Source of the DNA: an uncultured candidate division Zixibacteria bacterium
Lineage (GTDB): Bacteria > Zixibacteria > MSB-5A5 > UBA10806
Reading direction: 5' to 3'
DNA: 64,000 bases
Assembly: GCA_963801605.1 (NCBI GenBank)
Contig: CAWDFP010000011.1
Span: 128,001-192,000, forward strand
Shown: positions 20,803 to 32,595 of the stretch, in pieces
Layout: every line of letters starts with the position of its first letter
Position numbering within the stretch: position 1 is the first letter of the stretch
Made by a program: the position numbers and the translations under genes
Notes under the pieces: model-generated
What the model was told of the DNA's origin: nothing
The model's input: only the letters and a program-made list of their open reading frames with translations
The model's database searches: none

Positions 20803-21933
20803 CTATTCAATCATCTCCACATTGGCGCGAGGAATAATCGAACGCTTGCCGTCCTCGAACTCTACCTCCAGCACCCTGGCTTTAGATTCCGATTCCAGCA
20901 TTTGAAGTTTCGATGGCAGATCGCTGACTTTACCAAGTTTTCCGAAATACGGCTGACGAATCACGCGCACCGGCGAACCGATTATCAACCCCATATTCTC
21001 GGATTGCGGATCAGATTCCTTACCAACTTGATTTAGAGCATCGATCTTGGGCACGACCACCTCGGGACGGATTACACCGGCCCTGATCTGCGTGGCGCCG
21101 TTGATACAGGCTTCCTGGCCCTCGTGCCGTTTGAGCTGATCAAATGTTTTCTGAGCCATCATAATCTCGCCAAAACCCTCGGTAACGACCAGCGTAATAC
21201 CTTTATCTTCGTTACCGGTAATGGCCACACCGAGATCGTATCCCAGGAAGTCGCGAAGGTCTTTATCGTTGAAACCGCCAACCACGATGCCTACCGCGCC
21301 AACCTCAATCGCCTTACGCAATCCGGCCGCCGTGATCATGCTTCCGCCGATTACGACTTGGCCCTTACAGGAGGCGTCGAACTCTTTATCCGTCAAAATT
21401 TCTTTATTCGATTTCGAGAGCATTTTTATCGGGCCATGCGTTTCCGGTCCGATTCCAAAAATACCCTGTACGAAACTTCCCTTGGTGGTGACCTCGACGC
21501 CTTCTTTTTCGAAAACGTTAGTCACGATACCGTTGAGATATGCCTTAACCTCGATAGGCACCGGAGCGCCTCGGAGCAGCACCTGGCCGGTAATCGCGGA
21601 GATAGTTTCGACAGTGCCGGAGATCTTGGCTTTGGCGCTGGACGAAAACATGCCGAAAAACGATTTTGCTTTGGCGATGACCTCATCCTGCTCAACCCGG
21701 TCCCCGACTTTCTTGAGCATCGCCTCGGGTACATCCTGAGGCGGCACACCAAGGATATTGGCCACGTTGACCGGCTCCACGATTCCCGGAAGCTCAGTGC
21801 GCGCCACGACCGTATCGGAATTGACACGATCACCAATTTTGACTACGACCTGGCCCTTAAGCGGTAAGATTCGCTTTTTGACCACTGTCATTAAATCTGT
21901 GACTTTCAGACCCGGTGTATATGCATGACCCAT
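20803..21933 (-). CDS. Conserved hypothetical protein (MGHAYTPGLKV type; barrel-sandwich-hybrid-like repeats and a C-terminal KOW-like region)
   Basis: Clean 376 aa ORF with RBS GAGG, repeated VKIGDRV/KKVGDRV motifs and a C-terminal GSPVRVIRQPYFGKLGKV. Confidence 0.75.
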   Translation of the reverse strand: MGHAYTPGLKVTDLMTVVKKRILPLKGQVVVKIGDRVNSDTVVARTELPGIVEPVNVANILGVPPQDVPEAMLKKVGDRVEQDEVIAKAKSFFGMFSSSAKAKISGTVETISAITGQVLLRGAPVPIEVKAYLNGIVTNVFEKEGVEVTTKGSFVQGIFGIGPETHGPIKMLSKSNKEILTDKEFDASCKGQVVIGGSMITAAGLRKAIEVGAVGIVVGGFNDKDLRDFLGYDLGVAITGNEDKGITLVVTEGFGEIMMAQKTFDQLKRHEGQEACINGATQIRAGVIRPEVVVPKIDALNQVGKESDPQSENMGLIIGSPVRVIRQPYFGKLGKVSDLPSKLQMLESESKARVLEVEFEDGKRSIIPRANVEMIE

Positions 21934-22130
21934 AAAAACTACCTCGAACTATTCATCCACCAATTCTAAAGATACTACTCCATCTAATCAATCCAGATAT
22001 TTAATAAATTTTCAATCTTAAAGCAAGCCCAAAGGTTAGGGAAAATGGGAAACGGAAGGGATGCCTTATAATGGCTCCCAAATTGCCAGAAAAAGCGCGC
22101 CCGAGTTTTTAAGCTATATTATATGGATAT

Positions 22131-22175
22131 GTAGGTCGGGTTCCGAGCGATCCATCGTGAGCGAGAAACCCGACA
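22131..22175 (+). repeat. REP-like palindrome with GTAG foot (family B)
   Basis: GTAG-GTCGGGTTCCGAG...CGAGAAACCCGACA; matches the reverse strand of 7611-7652. Confidence 0.8.
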
Positions 22176-22291
22176 AAATTGCTACAGTATAAATGGAAAA
22201 AAGGAGAACGAATTGTAAACCAAATCCCAAATAAAAATCAGGCCCCACCTGGAACCTGATCAATTCTAATTTCTAAGGATCGAATGCGATC

Positions 22292-23054
22292 TTAAATCAA
22301 CTGATCCTCTTTAAGCTTCTTGATCAGGGTGTCGATTACCTCATCGGTCTCGCCGGTTAGAATCTCGCCCTGCGGGACGAGCTTTGGGAGCTTCAATTGA
22401 TTTTATTTTTATTGGAGATGTCAGATCCACACCAAGTTCTGACGGCGATATCTTCTTGATCTCCGCCTTTTTGGCTTTCATCTTTCCTTTGAGCGATGGC
22501 AGCCTTGGCTCGTTGATCTCCTTGACCACAGAACAAACCGCCGGCAGTAGGGTTTCGACAATATCGTAACCGTTGTCGGTGGTGCGCCAGGCGACAATTT
22601 TACCACCCTCCACAGAGTCAAACTTTTTTACAAATCCAATTTGCGGCCAATCGAGATGACCCGCCACTGCCGATGCCACAACAGCGGAGTCATCATCGGA
22701 GGCCTGCTTGCCGGTCAGCACCAGATCGATATCGCCGATCTTCTGAATCGCCGCCGCCAGTACTTTCGCGCTGGTCTGCGAATCGGTCGGGGAGAAACTG
22801 TCAGATTCGATTAAATAGGCATCATCGAGGCCCAAAGCCAGCGTATCGCGCAATACCGAATCCGCGCTTGCTTTACCGAAACTGATCGCTACAGCCGTCG
22901 CGCCGACTTTTTCCTTAAGCCGCAGGGCTTCCTCAACGGCATATTCGTCAAATGGATTGATAATTAGCGATGCCTCCGGCCATTGCGGCCCATTTGGCCC
23001 GACTGAAACCTCGGAAAGCTGTGGAATTTGTTTTACGAGAACCGCTATTTTCAT
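22292..23054 (-). CDS. etfB: Electron transfer flavoprotein beta subunit, indel near the C-terminus
   Basis: MKIAVLVKQIP, INPFDEYAVEEALRLKE, TGKQASDDD and EINEPRLPSLKGKMKAKK. Confidence 0.93.
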
Positions 23055-23056
23055 TT

Positions 23057-23797
23057 CTATTCCTCTCGTGCCGTTTGTTGCTCTTTTGCGGCAGCGTCTC
23101 CAGCGCCATCTTGGCGGCTCGCTGCTCCGCTTCCTTCTTGGATGTTCCCTGGCCGGTTCCCAGTCGAATTCCATCAATTGCCACCGATATCACAAAAACC
23201 TTGATATGGTCCGGGCCGATCTCCTCGATCACCTCATATTTCGGAATCCCGCGGCCGGCGCCTTGCATCATTTCCAGCAGTTCGCCTTTATAGTTGAACA
23301 TCGCCTCATCTTTGATGAGGTTTTCAAAATCGCTTAACAAAAACTTATCGATTGCCTTGGCGGCGGCTTCCAAACCGCCATCGAGATATATCGCTCCCAG
23401 AACCGCCTCCATGCCGTCAGCAACTATCGAGGGCTTCGGATCGTCCACCGGATTTCTCTTCCTCGGGGCTTAAAAAGATATACTGGCCGAGTCCGAAATT
23501 GCCGGCGACCTTGGAAAGCATGGTCTCATTGACCAGCGCCGCCTTGATCTTGGTCAGGTTACCTTCGTTGTGTTCCGGGAATTTTCTGAAAAGGAAATCC
23601 GAGACAACCAAACCAAGTACGGCGTCGCCCAGATATTCCAGGCGTTCGTTGGCCAGACCATCGCTGACACTGGAGCGATGCGACAGCGCCTTGGATAGCA
23701 ATCGCTGGTCCTTGAAAGAATAGCCGAGCACGGATTCGATTTCCCGTAGCGCCGGCTCTTCTTTGGTAAAGATTTTTTTAAAAAATGAGAAAGACAT
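23057..23797 (-). CDS. rnc: Ribonuclease III, frameshifted; 3' end approximate
   Basis: NERLEYLGDAVL signature, ADGMEAVLGAIYLDGG and dsRBD GPDHIKVF..SKKEAEQRAA. Confidence 0.95.
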
Positions 23798-25054
23798 TAA
23801 GTACGGCTCTCAAACCTCCGGACGACGAGGGTGGTGTTGTGGCCGCCAAATCCAAAGGAATTGGAAAGGGCACATTTGATATCGGCCTTGCGGGCCTGAT
23901 TGGGAACGTAATCGAGATCGCAGCGAGGATCAGGAGTGTCGAGATTAATCGTAGGATGTAACATCCCATGATAAATCTCCAGAACCGTGGCCGCTAACTC
24001 CGCGGCCCCGGCCGCTCCCAATAAATGTCCGATCATCGATTTGGTGGAATTAATTGCAATTTTATATGCCCTCTCGCAGAAAACGCTTTTAATGGCCATC
24101 GTTTCGGCGACATCGCCCAACTCGGTGGCTGTACCATGAGAATTGATATAGTCTACTATCTTCAGGTCCGATACCGGCATCTCTTGAGCGCCGCCTTGAT
24201 ACTCCTGGCCGCCCCATCACCGTCGGGAGACGGCGCAGTGATATGATAAGCATCAGCGGACATCCCCACTCCCAGGAACTCGGCGTAGATACGGGCGCCG
24301 CGTGCTTTGGCATGCTCCAGTTCCTCGAGGACGAGGATCGCCGAACCCTCACCCATGACAAAACCGTCACGATTCGGATCGAATGGCCGCGAGGCTTTCT
24401 CCGGTTCATCGTTACGCGTTGATAGCGCTTTGGCGGAACAGAATCCGGCCATGGCAGTCAATGTGATTGTGGCCTCCGCTCCGCCGCAAAGCATGACATC
24501 GGCCGCATCCCGCTGAATGATCATGAGGGCATCGCCGATGGCATTGCTCGATGAAGCACAGGCCGAAACAGTGGCGAAATTCGGCCCCTTGAAGACCGAA
24601 CATGGATACTGACCATTCCCGAGGCCATATCGGCGATCATCATCGGGAATGAAAAATGGCGAAACCCTCAGCGGGCTGATTGTTGACCACCAATGCGTGC
24701 TGTTTTTCAAAAGTCTCGATACCGCCGACGCCAGAGCCGATTACTACCCCGGCCCGTTCCAGATTGATCGTAGCGAGATATTAATCCGGCATCCTCGATA
24801 GCGTTTCCCGCGGCGACCACTGCATACTGCTGGGAGATATCCAATCGGCGAGCCTGCTTTTTATCGAGGTAATTTATCGGGATCAAAATTCTTGATCTCG
24901 GCCGCGATTTGAGTCGGCAATATGGAGGCATCGAATTTGGTTATGCGGGAAACCCCCGATTTTCCGCGCAATCAGATTACTCCAAAACTCATCGACTAGA
25001 ACTGCCGATAGGGGTAACGAGGCCGATTCCGGTTATGACTACTCGACTCGCCAC
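23797..25054 (-). CDS. fabF: Beta-ketoacyl-ACP synthase II, multiple frameshifts
   Basis: [18 protein letters not shown] start, [24 protein letters not shown] and [10 protein letters not shown]. Confidence 0.95.
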
Positions 25055-25067
25055 GGCTTTGCGACTT

Positions 25068-25313
25068 CTAACCTTTTGCTTCTTGATGTTTATTGATGTA
25101 GTCGATTGCTTCGCCGACTGTCGTTATCTTGGACGCTTCCTCTTCGGGGATGGTGCAATCGAATTCCTCTTCCAAAGCCAGAATCAATTCCACCTGATCC
25201 AGGGAATCGGCATCGAGATCATCGACAAATGACGCTTCCGGAACCACCTTCTCAGCATCCACGCCTAGATTCTCGGCGATAATTTCTTTAACTCTTTCTT
25301 CGATTGACGCCAT
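25068..25313 (-). CDS. acpP: Acyl carrier protein
   Basis: [23 protein letters not shown] phosphopantetheine motif. Confidence 0.97.
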   Translation of the reverse strand: MASIEERVKEIIAENLGVDAEKVVPEASFVDDLDADSLDQVELILALEEEFDCTIPEEEASKITTVGEAIDYINKHQEAKG

Positions 25314-25350
25314 TTTAAGTCCTCCTTAACGTTGTTTAATATTATTTCTA

Positions 25351-26103
<753 letters not shown>

Positions 26104-26105
26104 TG

Positions 26106-27061
26106 CTATTCCGTTCCTTGCGTATTGGTTCATGAATTGATCTAAATCGTCAAGCGTATCGACTCCAAAAATCTCAATTTCGGAATCATCGAATGAACGT
26201 TTCACCATTCCCTGTAGAGCTTTGCCAGGCCCGATCTCGACGAATAATCTGACACCGTCCCGATACATATTCTGCATAATGGGATACCACAGCACCGGGC
26301 TTAATATTTGCGACGAAAGCAATCCTTTAAAAGCATCTCCGCTGGAAACCGGCTCGCCGCTGACATTTGAATACACCGGATATTCGAGATCGGCGAAATT
26401 AAGCTGCGATAAATACTGCAGCATCGTTTGCGCCGAATTTTTCATCAGCGAGCGAGTGATAAGCTCCCGCCACTTGAAGCGGCAGGGCGCGTTTAGCTCC
26501 CGCGGCCTTCAACATAGCGCAAGCGATATCAACGGCGCTCTTATCTCCCGAGATGACTATCTGATCAGGTGAATTATAATTGGCGGGCACGACTATGCCT
26601 TCAACGCTTCCAAGAGCTTCCACTACTTCGTCATACTTAAGTCCAAGTATGGCGGCCATCGTACCGGGCTGGCTATCGCAATCTTCCTGCATGGCAGCGC
26701 TGCGTTTAGCAATGGCTTTTAAGGCCGCATCGAAACTCAACGCCCCGGATGATACCAGAGCGGTATATTCCCCTAGAGAATGCCCGGCGGCGCAGGACGG
26801 CTTGATAAAATTCTCCTTGAGGATCATATCCAGCACGTAAGAATGCACAAAGATCGCCGGCTGAGTGTAGGCTGTTTGTTTTAATTTCTCTTCCGGGCCG
26901 GAGAAACAGACCTCGGCCAAATCGAATTTCAATATTTCGGACGCCTGATCGAAGACTTCCTTAACCGAGGAGAATTCCTCGGCCAGGTCTTTGGCCATGC
27001 CTATATACTGAGAACCCTGTCCGGGAAACAGGAATGCCATCTTTTTGTCTTTACCATTCAA
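26106..27061 (-). CDS. fabD: Malonyl-CoA-ACP transacylase, frameshifted; ends approximate
   Basis: FLFPGQGSQ, AGHSLGEY and VEIGPGK. Confidence 0.95.
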
Positions 27062-28034
27062 TTAGAGTCGCCCCCCATGTAAAGCCGGCGCCAAATGCGA
27101 CCAGCATGATTTTATCGCCCTTCTTAATCCGTCCCTCTCGCACAGCTTCATCCAGAGCAATCGGGATTGATGCGGCGGAGGTGTTGCCATATTTATGAAT
27201 ATTGACATAAACTCGATCCATTGGCAATTTTATTCTCTTGGCGGTAGCCTCGATAATCCGAATATTGGCCTGATGAGGAATCATCAGGTCGATATCTGCG
27301 GCATCGATTTCGCAGATTTTGAGAATCCTGGTGGCGGCCTCACCCATAGCTTTTACCGCCGACTTAAATACCCCCGGACCTTCCATTCTGATATAGCGGT
27401 CCTCATGGCAGACATTGGAGGCATCAAGCGGGGTTTTAGTACCGCCGATCGGAATCTGCAGCAAATGCGCCAGGGAGCCATCCCCCTTAAGATAGGCATT
27501 AATTATGCCGCCAGGCTCCTTGGAACCTCGTACTATGGCCGCTCCGGCGCCATCGCCAAATAGAACGCAGGTGTTCCGATCTTCCCAGTTAACAAACCTC
27601 GAAAGCATCTCCGAACCTATCACCAGGACGGTCTTGACCTGCCCGACCATTATCAGGGCGCGGGCTATTGAAAGCCCATATATGAAACCGGAACAAGCCG
27701 CCACGATATCCATTACGGCGGCATTTTTGGCGCCGAGTTTGTCCTGGAGAATACAGGCTGTGGACGGTAGAGGAGCGTCGGGGCAAACTGAGCCGTATAT
27801 TATCATATCGATATCGAGAACGCTTATACCGGCCATCTCAATAGCTTTTTTGGCGGCCAGGCAAGCGTAATCGGAACCAACTTTATCTTTGGGAGCGATA
27901 CGGCGTTCCTTGATACCGGTGCGTTCGGTGATCCATTCATCGCTGGTATCAACCATTTTTTCTAAATCGAAATTAGTTAAAACCTGATCTGGGGTAGCCG
28001 AACCGGTCCCTATGATCCTGACATATTTTTCCAT
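27051..28034 (-). CDS. fabH: Beta-ketoacyl-ACP synthase III
   Basis: AACSGF, HQANIRI and YGNTSAAS. Confidence 0.97.
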   Translation of the reverse strand: MEKYVRIIGTGSATPDQVLTNFDLEKMVDTSDEWITERTGIKERRIAPKDKVGSDYACLAAKKAIEMAGISVLDIDMIIYGSVCPDAPLPSTACILQDKLGAKNAAVMDIVAACSGFIYGLSIARALIMVGQVKTVLVIGSEMLSRFVNWEDRNTCVLFGDGAGAAIVRGSKEPGGIINAYLKGDGSLAHLLQIPIGGTKTPLDASNVCHEDRYIRMEGPGVFKSAVKAMGEAATRILKICEIDAADIDLMIPHQANIRIIEATAKRIKLPMDRVYVNIHKYGNTSAASIPIALDEAVREGRIKKGDKIMLVAFGAGFTWGATLIEW

Positions 28035-28035
28035 A

Positions 28036-29073
28036 TTATTGTCTTTGTTTTACCTCGGACGGAGTGTATGAACCGTTGGCGGCCAGCCTTTCCTCAATCA
28101 AGCGGTTGATATCCCGCAGTACCATATTTTGGGCCATTCCCACGGCATTCTTGATAGCTTTAGGCGTGGAGCCGCCATGGCAAATAATTGAAACGCCATT
28201 GATACCAAGCAGCGGGGCGCCTCCGTACTCTGCTGAATCGAGATTTTTTTTCAAATCCTCGAACGCCGGCTGCAAGAGAAAGGCTCCAATTTTGGCGAAG
28301 AGATTGACTCTCACCTGACGCCTGACAAGCTCACCTAAGAAACTATTGATAGATTCCGCAAATTTCAAAATAATATTGCCGACAAAGCCGTCACAGATTA
28401 CAACGTCGGCTTTGCCCTTGAGTATATCGCGGCCTTCGATATTGCCCGCGAAATTGAGATCGGCTGCCGAAAGCAGCTTGTGGGATGCTATCGTGAGTTC
28501 ATTCCCCTTCGATTTTTCTTCGCCGATTGAAAGCAGTCCAACCACCGGATTTTGATTGGAAAACATCTGCGAATAATAGATCGCTCCCATCAAACCAAAT
28601 TGATAGAGGTTGACAGCCTTGCAATCGGAGTTGGCTCCCACGTCGAGAACCAGCGCCGCGCCGCGCTCGGTAGGGAAGAAGGCGCCGATAGCGGGCCGGT
28701 TTACAGCCGGCAGTCTCCCTAACAATATCAAAGAGGCCGCCATGCAGGCCCCGGTATTACCGGCAGATATAAAAGCATCCGATTGGCCGTTCTTCTGCAA
28801 ATTGAGGGCTGAGGAAATAGAGGAATCGGGTTTTTTGCGCACCGATTCCGCAGCCTCGTCACCCATACCGATTACCTGGGTGCTATGAACGATCTTAATG
28901 GGAAGGCTCATAGCATTGAGATTGGTAAGCTCAGCCTCGATTTGGGCCTTATCGCCTACCAAAGTCAATTCGACGTTATCACCGTAAGCCTTTTGAGCCA
29001 GCACGGCTCCGGCCACGATTGAGAACGGCGCGAAATCGCCCCCCATGGCATCTATGGCGATCCGGGTCTTCAT
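28036..29073 (-). CDS. plsX: Phosphate acyltransferase PlsX
   Basis: IAIDAMGGDFAP, SAGNTGA and DGFVGNI. Confidence 0.97.
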   Translation of the reverse strand: MKTRIAIDAMGGDFAPFSIVAGAVLAQKAYGDNVELTLVGDKAQIEAELTNLNAMSLPIKIVHSTQVIGMGDEAAESVRKKPDSSISSALNLQKNGQSDAFISAGNTGACMAASLILLGRLPAVNRPAIGAFFPTERGAALVLDVGANSDCKAVNLYQFGLMGAIYYSQMFSNQNPVVGLLSIGEEKSKGNELTIASHKLLSAADLNFAGNIEGRDILKGKADVVICDGFVGNIILKFAESINSFLGELVRRQVRVNLFAKIGAFLLQPAFEDLKKNLDSAEYGGAPLLGINGVSIICHGGSTPKAIKNAVGMAQNMVLRDINRLIEERLAANGSYTPSEVKQRQ

Positions 29074-29085
29074 CCTTTGACCAGT

Positions 29086-29271
29086 TTACTTGGTTTCAGT
29101 AACCGCTATCACTTCACGGCCGTTATACCATCCGCAATGCGGGCAGATCTGATGCGAGAGCCGGGGCTCATGGCAATGCGGGCATTCCACCAGATTTGGC
29201 TTGTCGAGTTTCCAGTGCGTGCGTCTCTTGCGGCCTCTGGTTTTGGAATGACGTCTTTTTGGAAGTGGCAT
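29086..29271 (-). CDS. rpmF: 50S ribosomal protein L32 (Zn-ribbon form)
   Basis: MPLPKRRHSKTR..CPHC..HQICPHCGWYNG. Confidence 0.97.
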   Translation of the reverse strand: MPLPKRRHSKTRGRKRRTHWKLDKPNLVECPHCHEPRLSHQICPHCGWYNGREVIAVTETK

Positions 29272-29341
29272 ACTACTCCTTTATTGTTCCGATGATACGC
29301 TGGCCCGTTCATTTGCCGGGGGCGTCTTTTTATCGCAATCG

Positions 29342-29851
29342 TTATTGGTCAAATAATTGTTTAAGCGAGTCCCATCTTTCGTCAGTTTTATCGGGGGTAC
29401 AATCGCATTCATCCTCATTGAGATTGGTTCCGCACATGGGGCATAAGCCCTTGCAGTCTTCCGAGCAAAGCGGTTTGAGCGGCAATTCCAGCATAATCGC
29501 CTCGCGGACTCGCTGCGAAATATCATATTCGCCGGTCGTTTTCGGCAGGATCACGAAATCATCGTCTTCCGACGGTTGAGGCTCGTTGATTTCGAGAAGC
29601 TGAATAACAAACTGGATTTTGGGTTTGATATCCGATTCAAACATCTCAAGGCAGCGGGCGCACTCCATTTCGACCGGGCTCGAAACCTGTCCCTGAAATA
29701 CGATTTCGTCGCCAGATTTTGTGGCCGACAGTTTTACCTCGATAGGCTCGGGAAATTCGAAGCCGTCGGCGGCTAATTCGAGGTCTTCGGCAATTTCTGA
29801 AAAGGTCATATCACACCCCTCAGGTGTGATGACTCTCAAATCCACCTTCAT
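29342..29851 (-). CDS. yceD: YceD/DUF177 protein
   Basis: CARCL and LCSEDCKGLCPMCGTNLN; lies upstream of rpmF. Confidence 0.93.
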   Translation of the reverse strand: MKVDLRVITPEGCDMTFSEIAEDLELAADGFEFPEPIEVKLSATKSGDEIVFQGQVSSPVEMECARCLEMFESDIKPKIQFVIQLLEINEPQPSEDDDFVILPKTTGEYDISQRVREAIMLELPLKPLCSEDCKGLCPMCGTNLNEDECDCTPDKTDERWDSLKQLFDQ

Positions 29852-30144
29852 AGCTACCAAAATTAATTTCTCCTGCCCCCCCTGTCAAGCCAATTCTGCC
29901 CTGTTAATGGTCAACGGAGAGAACGGCTTAGCAGTCTTTTTTGCCTGAAAATCAGATTAAAACCAAATGTTATACGCTCTTGGGGTGTGGGGTGCACAAT
30001 GCGAGAGTATACAAATCTTTTTTGGGTCGGCATGAATTCCATGACCCCGATTTTTTGGCTAATTCGATTATTCCCGCTAAACAGTTATTAAATCATTTCA
30101 CCACTTGCCGGGTTGATTGCTATCCCCTATAATGCCCCGTCATT

Positions 30145-30764
30145 ATGAAAGTAGGCGAGGCTAAATTCGTGGGGTCGTACCCCGATTACAAACAAGCGCC
30201 CCAAACGGGTTGCCGGAAATCGCTATCGGGGGACGGTCCAATGTCGGGAAATCATCGCTGATAAACTCGCTGCTTAACCGTAAAAAACTGGCAAAGATCG
30301 CTAAAACGCCGGGCAAAACCCGGCTCCTCAACTATTTTGTCATCTTAAATGAAAAGGGAAAAGAAGAGCTCTATTTTGTCGATCTGCCCGGTTATGGATA
30401 TGCCAGGGTGCCAACCGCGGAGAGGAAAAGCTGGAAGAATTTAATCGAGGGGTATATCGAAAATTCTCCGGGATTGCGCGGCTTTGTGCTGCTGATCGAC
30501 TCCCGTCGCGGAGTCGAGCCGCCGGAATTAGAATTTATTGAATATCTTCTAATGCATAAAAAGAGAGTTTGCCCGGTGCTCACCAAATCCGATAAGCTGT
30601 CCCGGCAAGCCGGCACCGAAGTTGCCAGAGAAGCCGCCAGGCTGATTATGCCCCTGGGCGATAAAGTATCTTTTCCAATTCTGCATTCATCGGAAAAGAA
30701 AATCGGCAACGATCTCGTCTGGCGCTGGATCGATGAATCGCAAAAGATCGCTAAGGAAGGATAA
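30145..30764 (+). CDS. engB: Ribosome biogenesis GTPase EngB/YihA/YsxC, indel near 30205
   Basis: LPEIAIGGRSNVGKSSLIN, TPGKT, DLPGYGY and TKSDKL. Confidence 0.95.
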
Positions 30765-30767
30765 GAG

Positions 30768-32045
30768 ATGCGCGTCAATAGTACCGCTGTTTTAGGTCTG
30801 CAATGGGGTGATGAGGGCAAGGGGAAAATAATCGATTTCCTGAGCGAATCGTCCGATGCGGTAGCTCGGTTTGGCGGCGGTTCCAACGCCGGCCATACTA
30901 TCGTAGTTAATGGCGAGAAATTTATCTTAAGGCTGCTGCCATCCGGAGTACTGCATGAGGGCAAACTCTGCTTTATCGGAACGGGCGTAGCCTGCGATCC
31001 GGATGTGCTTCAAGCCGAGATAAGCGCGCTCGAAACGCGCGGTATCAGCACCACGGGACGTATCTTTGTCGATTTCGCCACCCAATTAGTGCTTCCCATA
31101 CACAAAATGCGCGACAGCTACGAGGAAACCAACCGCGGCAAAGGCGCGATTGACACCACCAAGCGCGGCATCGGGCCGTCCTACGCTGACCGGGTCACGA
31201 GAATCGGTATCAGAGTGGCCGACCTGTTTGACCCGGAGCTTCTGCAAGCCAAAGTACTCAATATAGCGGAGTTCCATAAAAACAGCAGCGGTCACGTTAC
31301 TATAGAGGGAGCAGCCGCCAAGCTGAGCGAATATTTAACGGGCTATTTGCCTCTATTGAAGAGCTTGATGGCCGATACGGCTCCGCAAATCATGGAATTG
31401 ATCGATACTGGCAAGAAAGTGCTCTTTGAAGGCGCGCAGGGGTCGCTGCTCGATGTCGATTACGGCACTTATCCATATACTACCTCATCCCACACTACGA
31501 TAGGCGGAATATTTACGGGCATCGGATTACCTCCGAAATATCTGGGCGAGGTTATCGGCGTAGTAAAATCATATATGACCCGCGTGGGACATGGTCCGTT
31601 TCCAACGGAGATGAAGGATGATCTCGGAGAGAAGCTTCGCGAAAAAGGCGCCGAATTCGGCTCTGTCACCGGGCGGCCTCGACGGATCGGCTGGCTCGAT
31701 ATGGTAGCCCTAAAACGGATGATCAGGCAAAACGGAGTCACCAGAATTGCACTGACCAAGCTCGATGTTTTAGATGGCCTAAGCGAGATTTTCGTTTGTG
31801 AATCGTACGAACTCGATGGACAACGATTTGATGTTATTCCGCCGAATCATCCCGATTTCTTCAAAGCCAAACCGATCTATACGAAAATCGAGGGCTGGTC
31901 AGGAAATGTGGCCGGAGTCACGGAACTCGATAAGCTGCCCAAACAGGCGAGGGATTATATCCATTTTATCGAGGAGCGGACTGGTGTCCCGATCTGGCTT
32001 ATCTCAACCGGTTATGGCCGTGAGCATACGATTATAATAAATTGA
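30768..32045 (+). CDS. purA: Adenylosuccinate synthetase
   Basis: QWGDEGKGK, NAGHT, EGAQG and TRVGHGPFPTE. Confidence 0.98.
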   Translation: MRVNSTAVLGLQWGDEGKGKIIDFLSESSDAVARFGGGSNAGHTIVVNGEKFILRLLPSGVLHEGKLCFIGTGVACDPDVLQAEISALETRGISTTGRIFVDFATQLVLPIHKMRDSYEETNRGKGAIDTTKRGIGPSYADRVTRIGIRVADLFDPELLQAKVLNIAEFHKNSSGHVTIEGAAAKLSEYLTGYLPLLKSLMADTAPQIMELIDTGKKVLFEGAQGSLLDVDYGTYPYTTSSHTTIGGIFTGIGLPPKYLGEVIGVVKSYMTRVGHGPFPTEMKDDLGEKLREKGAEFGSVTGRPRRIGWLDMVALKRMIRQNGVTRIALTKLDVLDGLSEIFVCESYELDGQRFDVIPPNHPDFFKAKPIYTKIEGWSGNVAGVTELDKLPKQARDYIHFIEERTGVPIWLISTGYGREHTIIIN

Positions 32046-32177
32046 GAAATTGCGAATTACAAATCGGGATAACGTGCAATTATAACACCCAATATGTTAT
32101 AAGCCTGCGAGTAACACTGTTTTATATCCGTTGATCACGGCTTTATTATTCAGACGAATAATAATAATAAAAACGAC

Positions 32178-32206
32178 TTGTCAGTATTTAAACTGCATAA
32201 TATAAT
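32178..32206 (+). promoter_or_regulatory. Sigma70-type promoter for trxA
   Basis: TTGTCA-N17-TATAAT with an AT-rich UP-like region. Confidence 0.75.
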
Positions 32207-32247
32207 CCAAACCGCCGATAACTACATAGTAAGCTGCGGGAGAGAAG

Positions 32248-32577
32248 ATGGGAAAGACAAAGACAATCGACTGGAAGGATTTTGAATCTGAGGTCCTCAA
32301 GGCGGACAAACCGGTATTAGTTGACTTCTGGGCGGAGTGGTGTGTGCCCTGCAAAGCTGTGGCGCCGCTTCTCGATCAGTTGGCGCTGGAATACAAGGGT
32401 AAGATGGTTTTTGCAAAAGTTGATGTCGAACGTAATCCTCAGATGGCTTCCTATCTCGGGATTCGCAGCATTCCCACGATGATCGTTTTTTCCAAAGGCG
32501 AAGAGAGAGAAAGGCTGGTGGGATCGTTTCCTAAAAGCCATATTCAGAAGAAAATCGATTTTTATGCGAGTAAATAA
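32248..32577 (+). CDS. trxA: Thioredoxin (WCVPC active site)
   Basis: VLVDFWAEWCVPCK and GIRSIPTM. Confidence 0.92.
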   Translation: MGKTKTIDWKDFESEVLKADKPVLVDFWAEWCVPCKAVAPLLDQLALEYKGKMVFAKVDVERNPQMASYLGIRSIPTMIVFSKGEERERLVGSFPKSHIQKKIDFYASK

Positions 32578-32595
32578 GCTCTCATCAAGGAGGGA

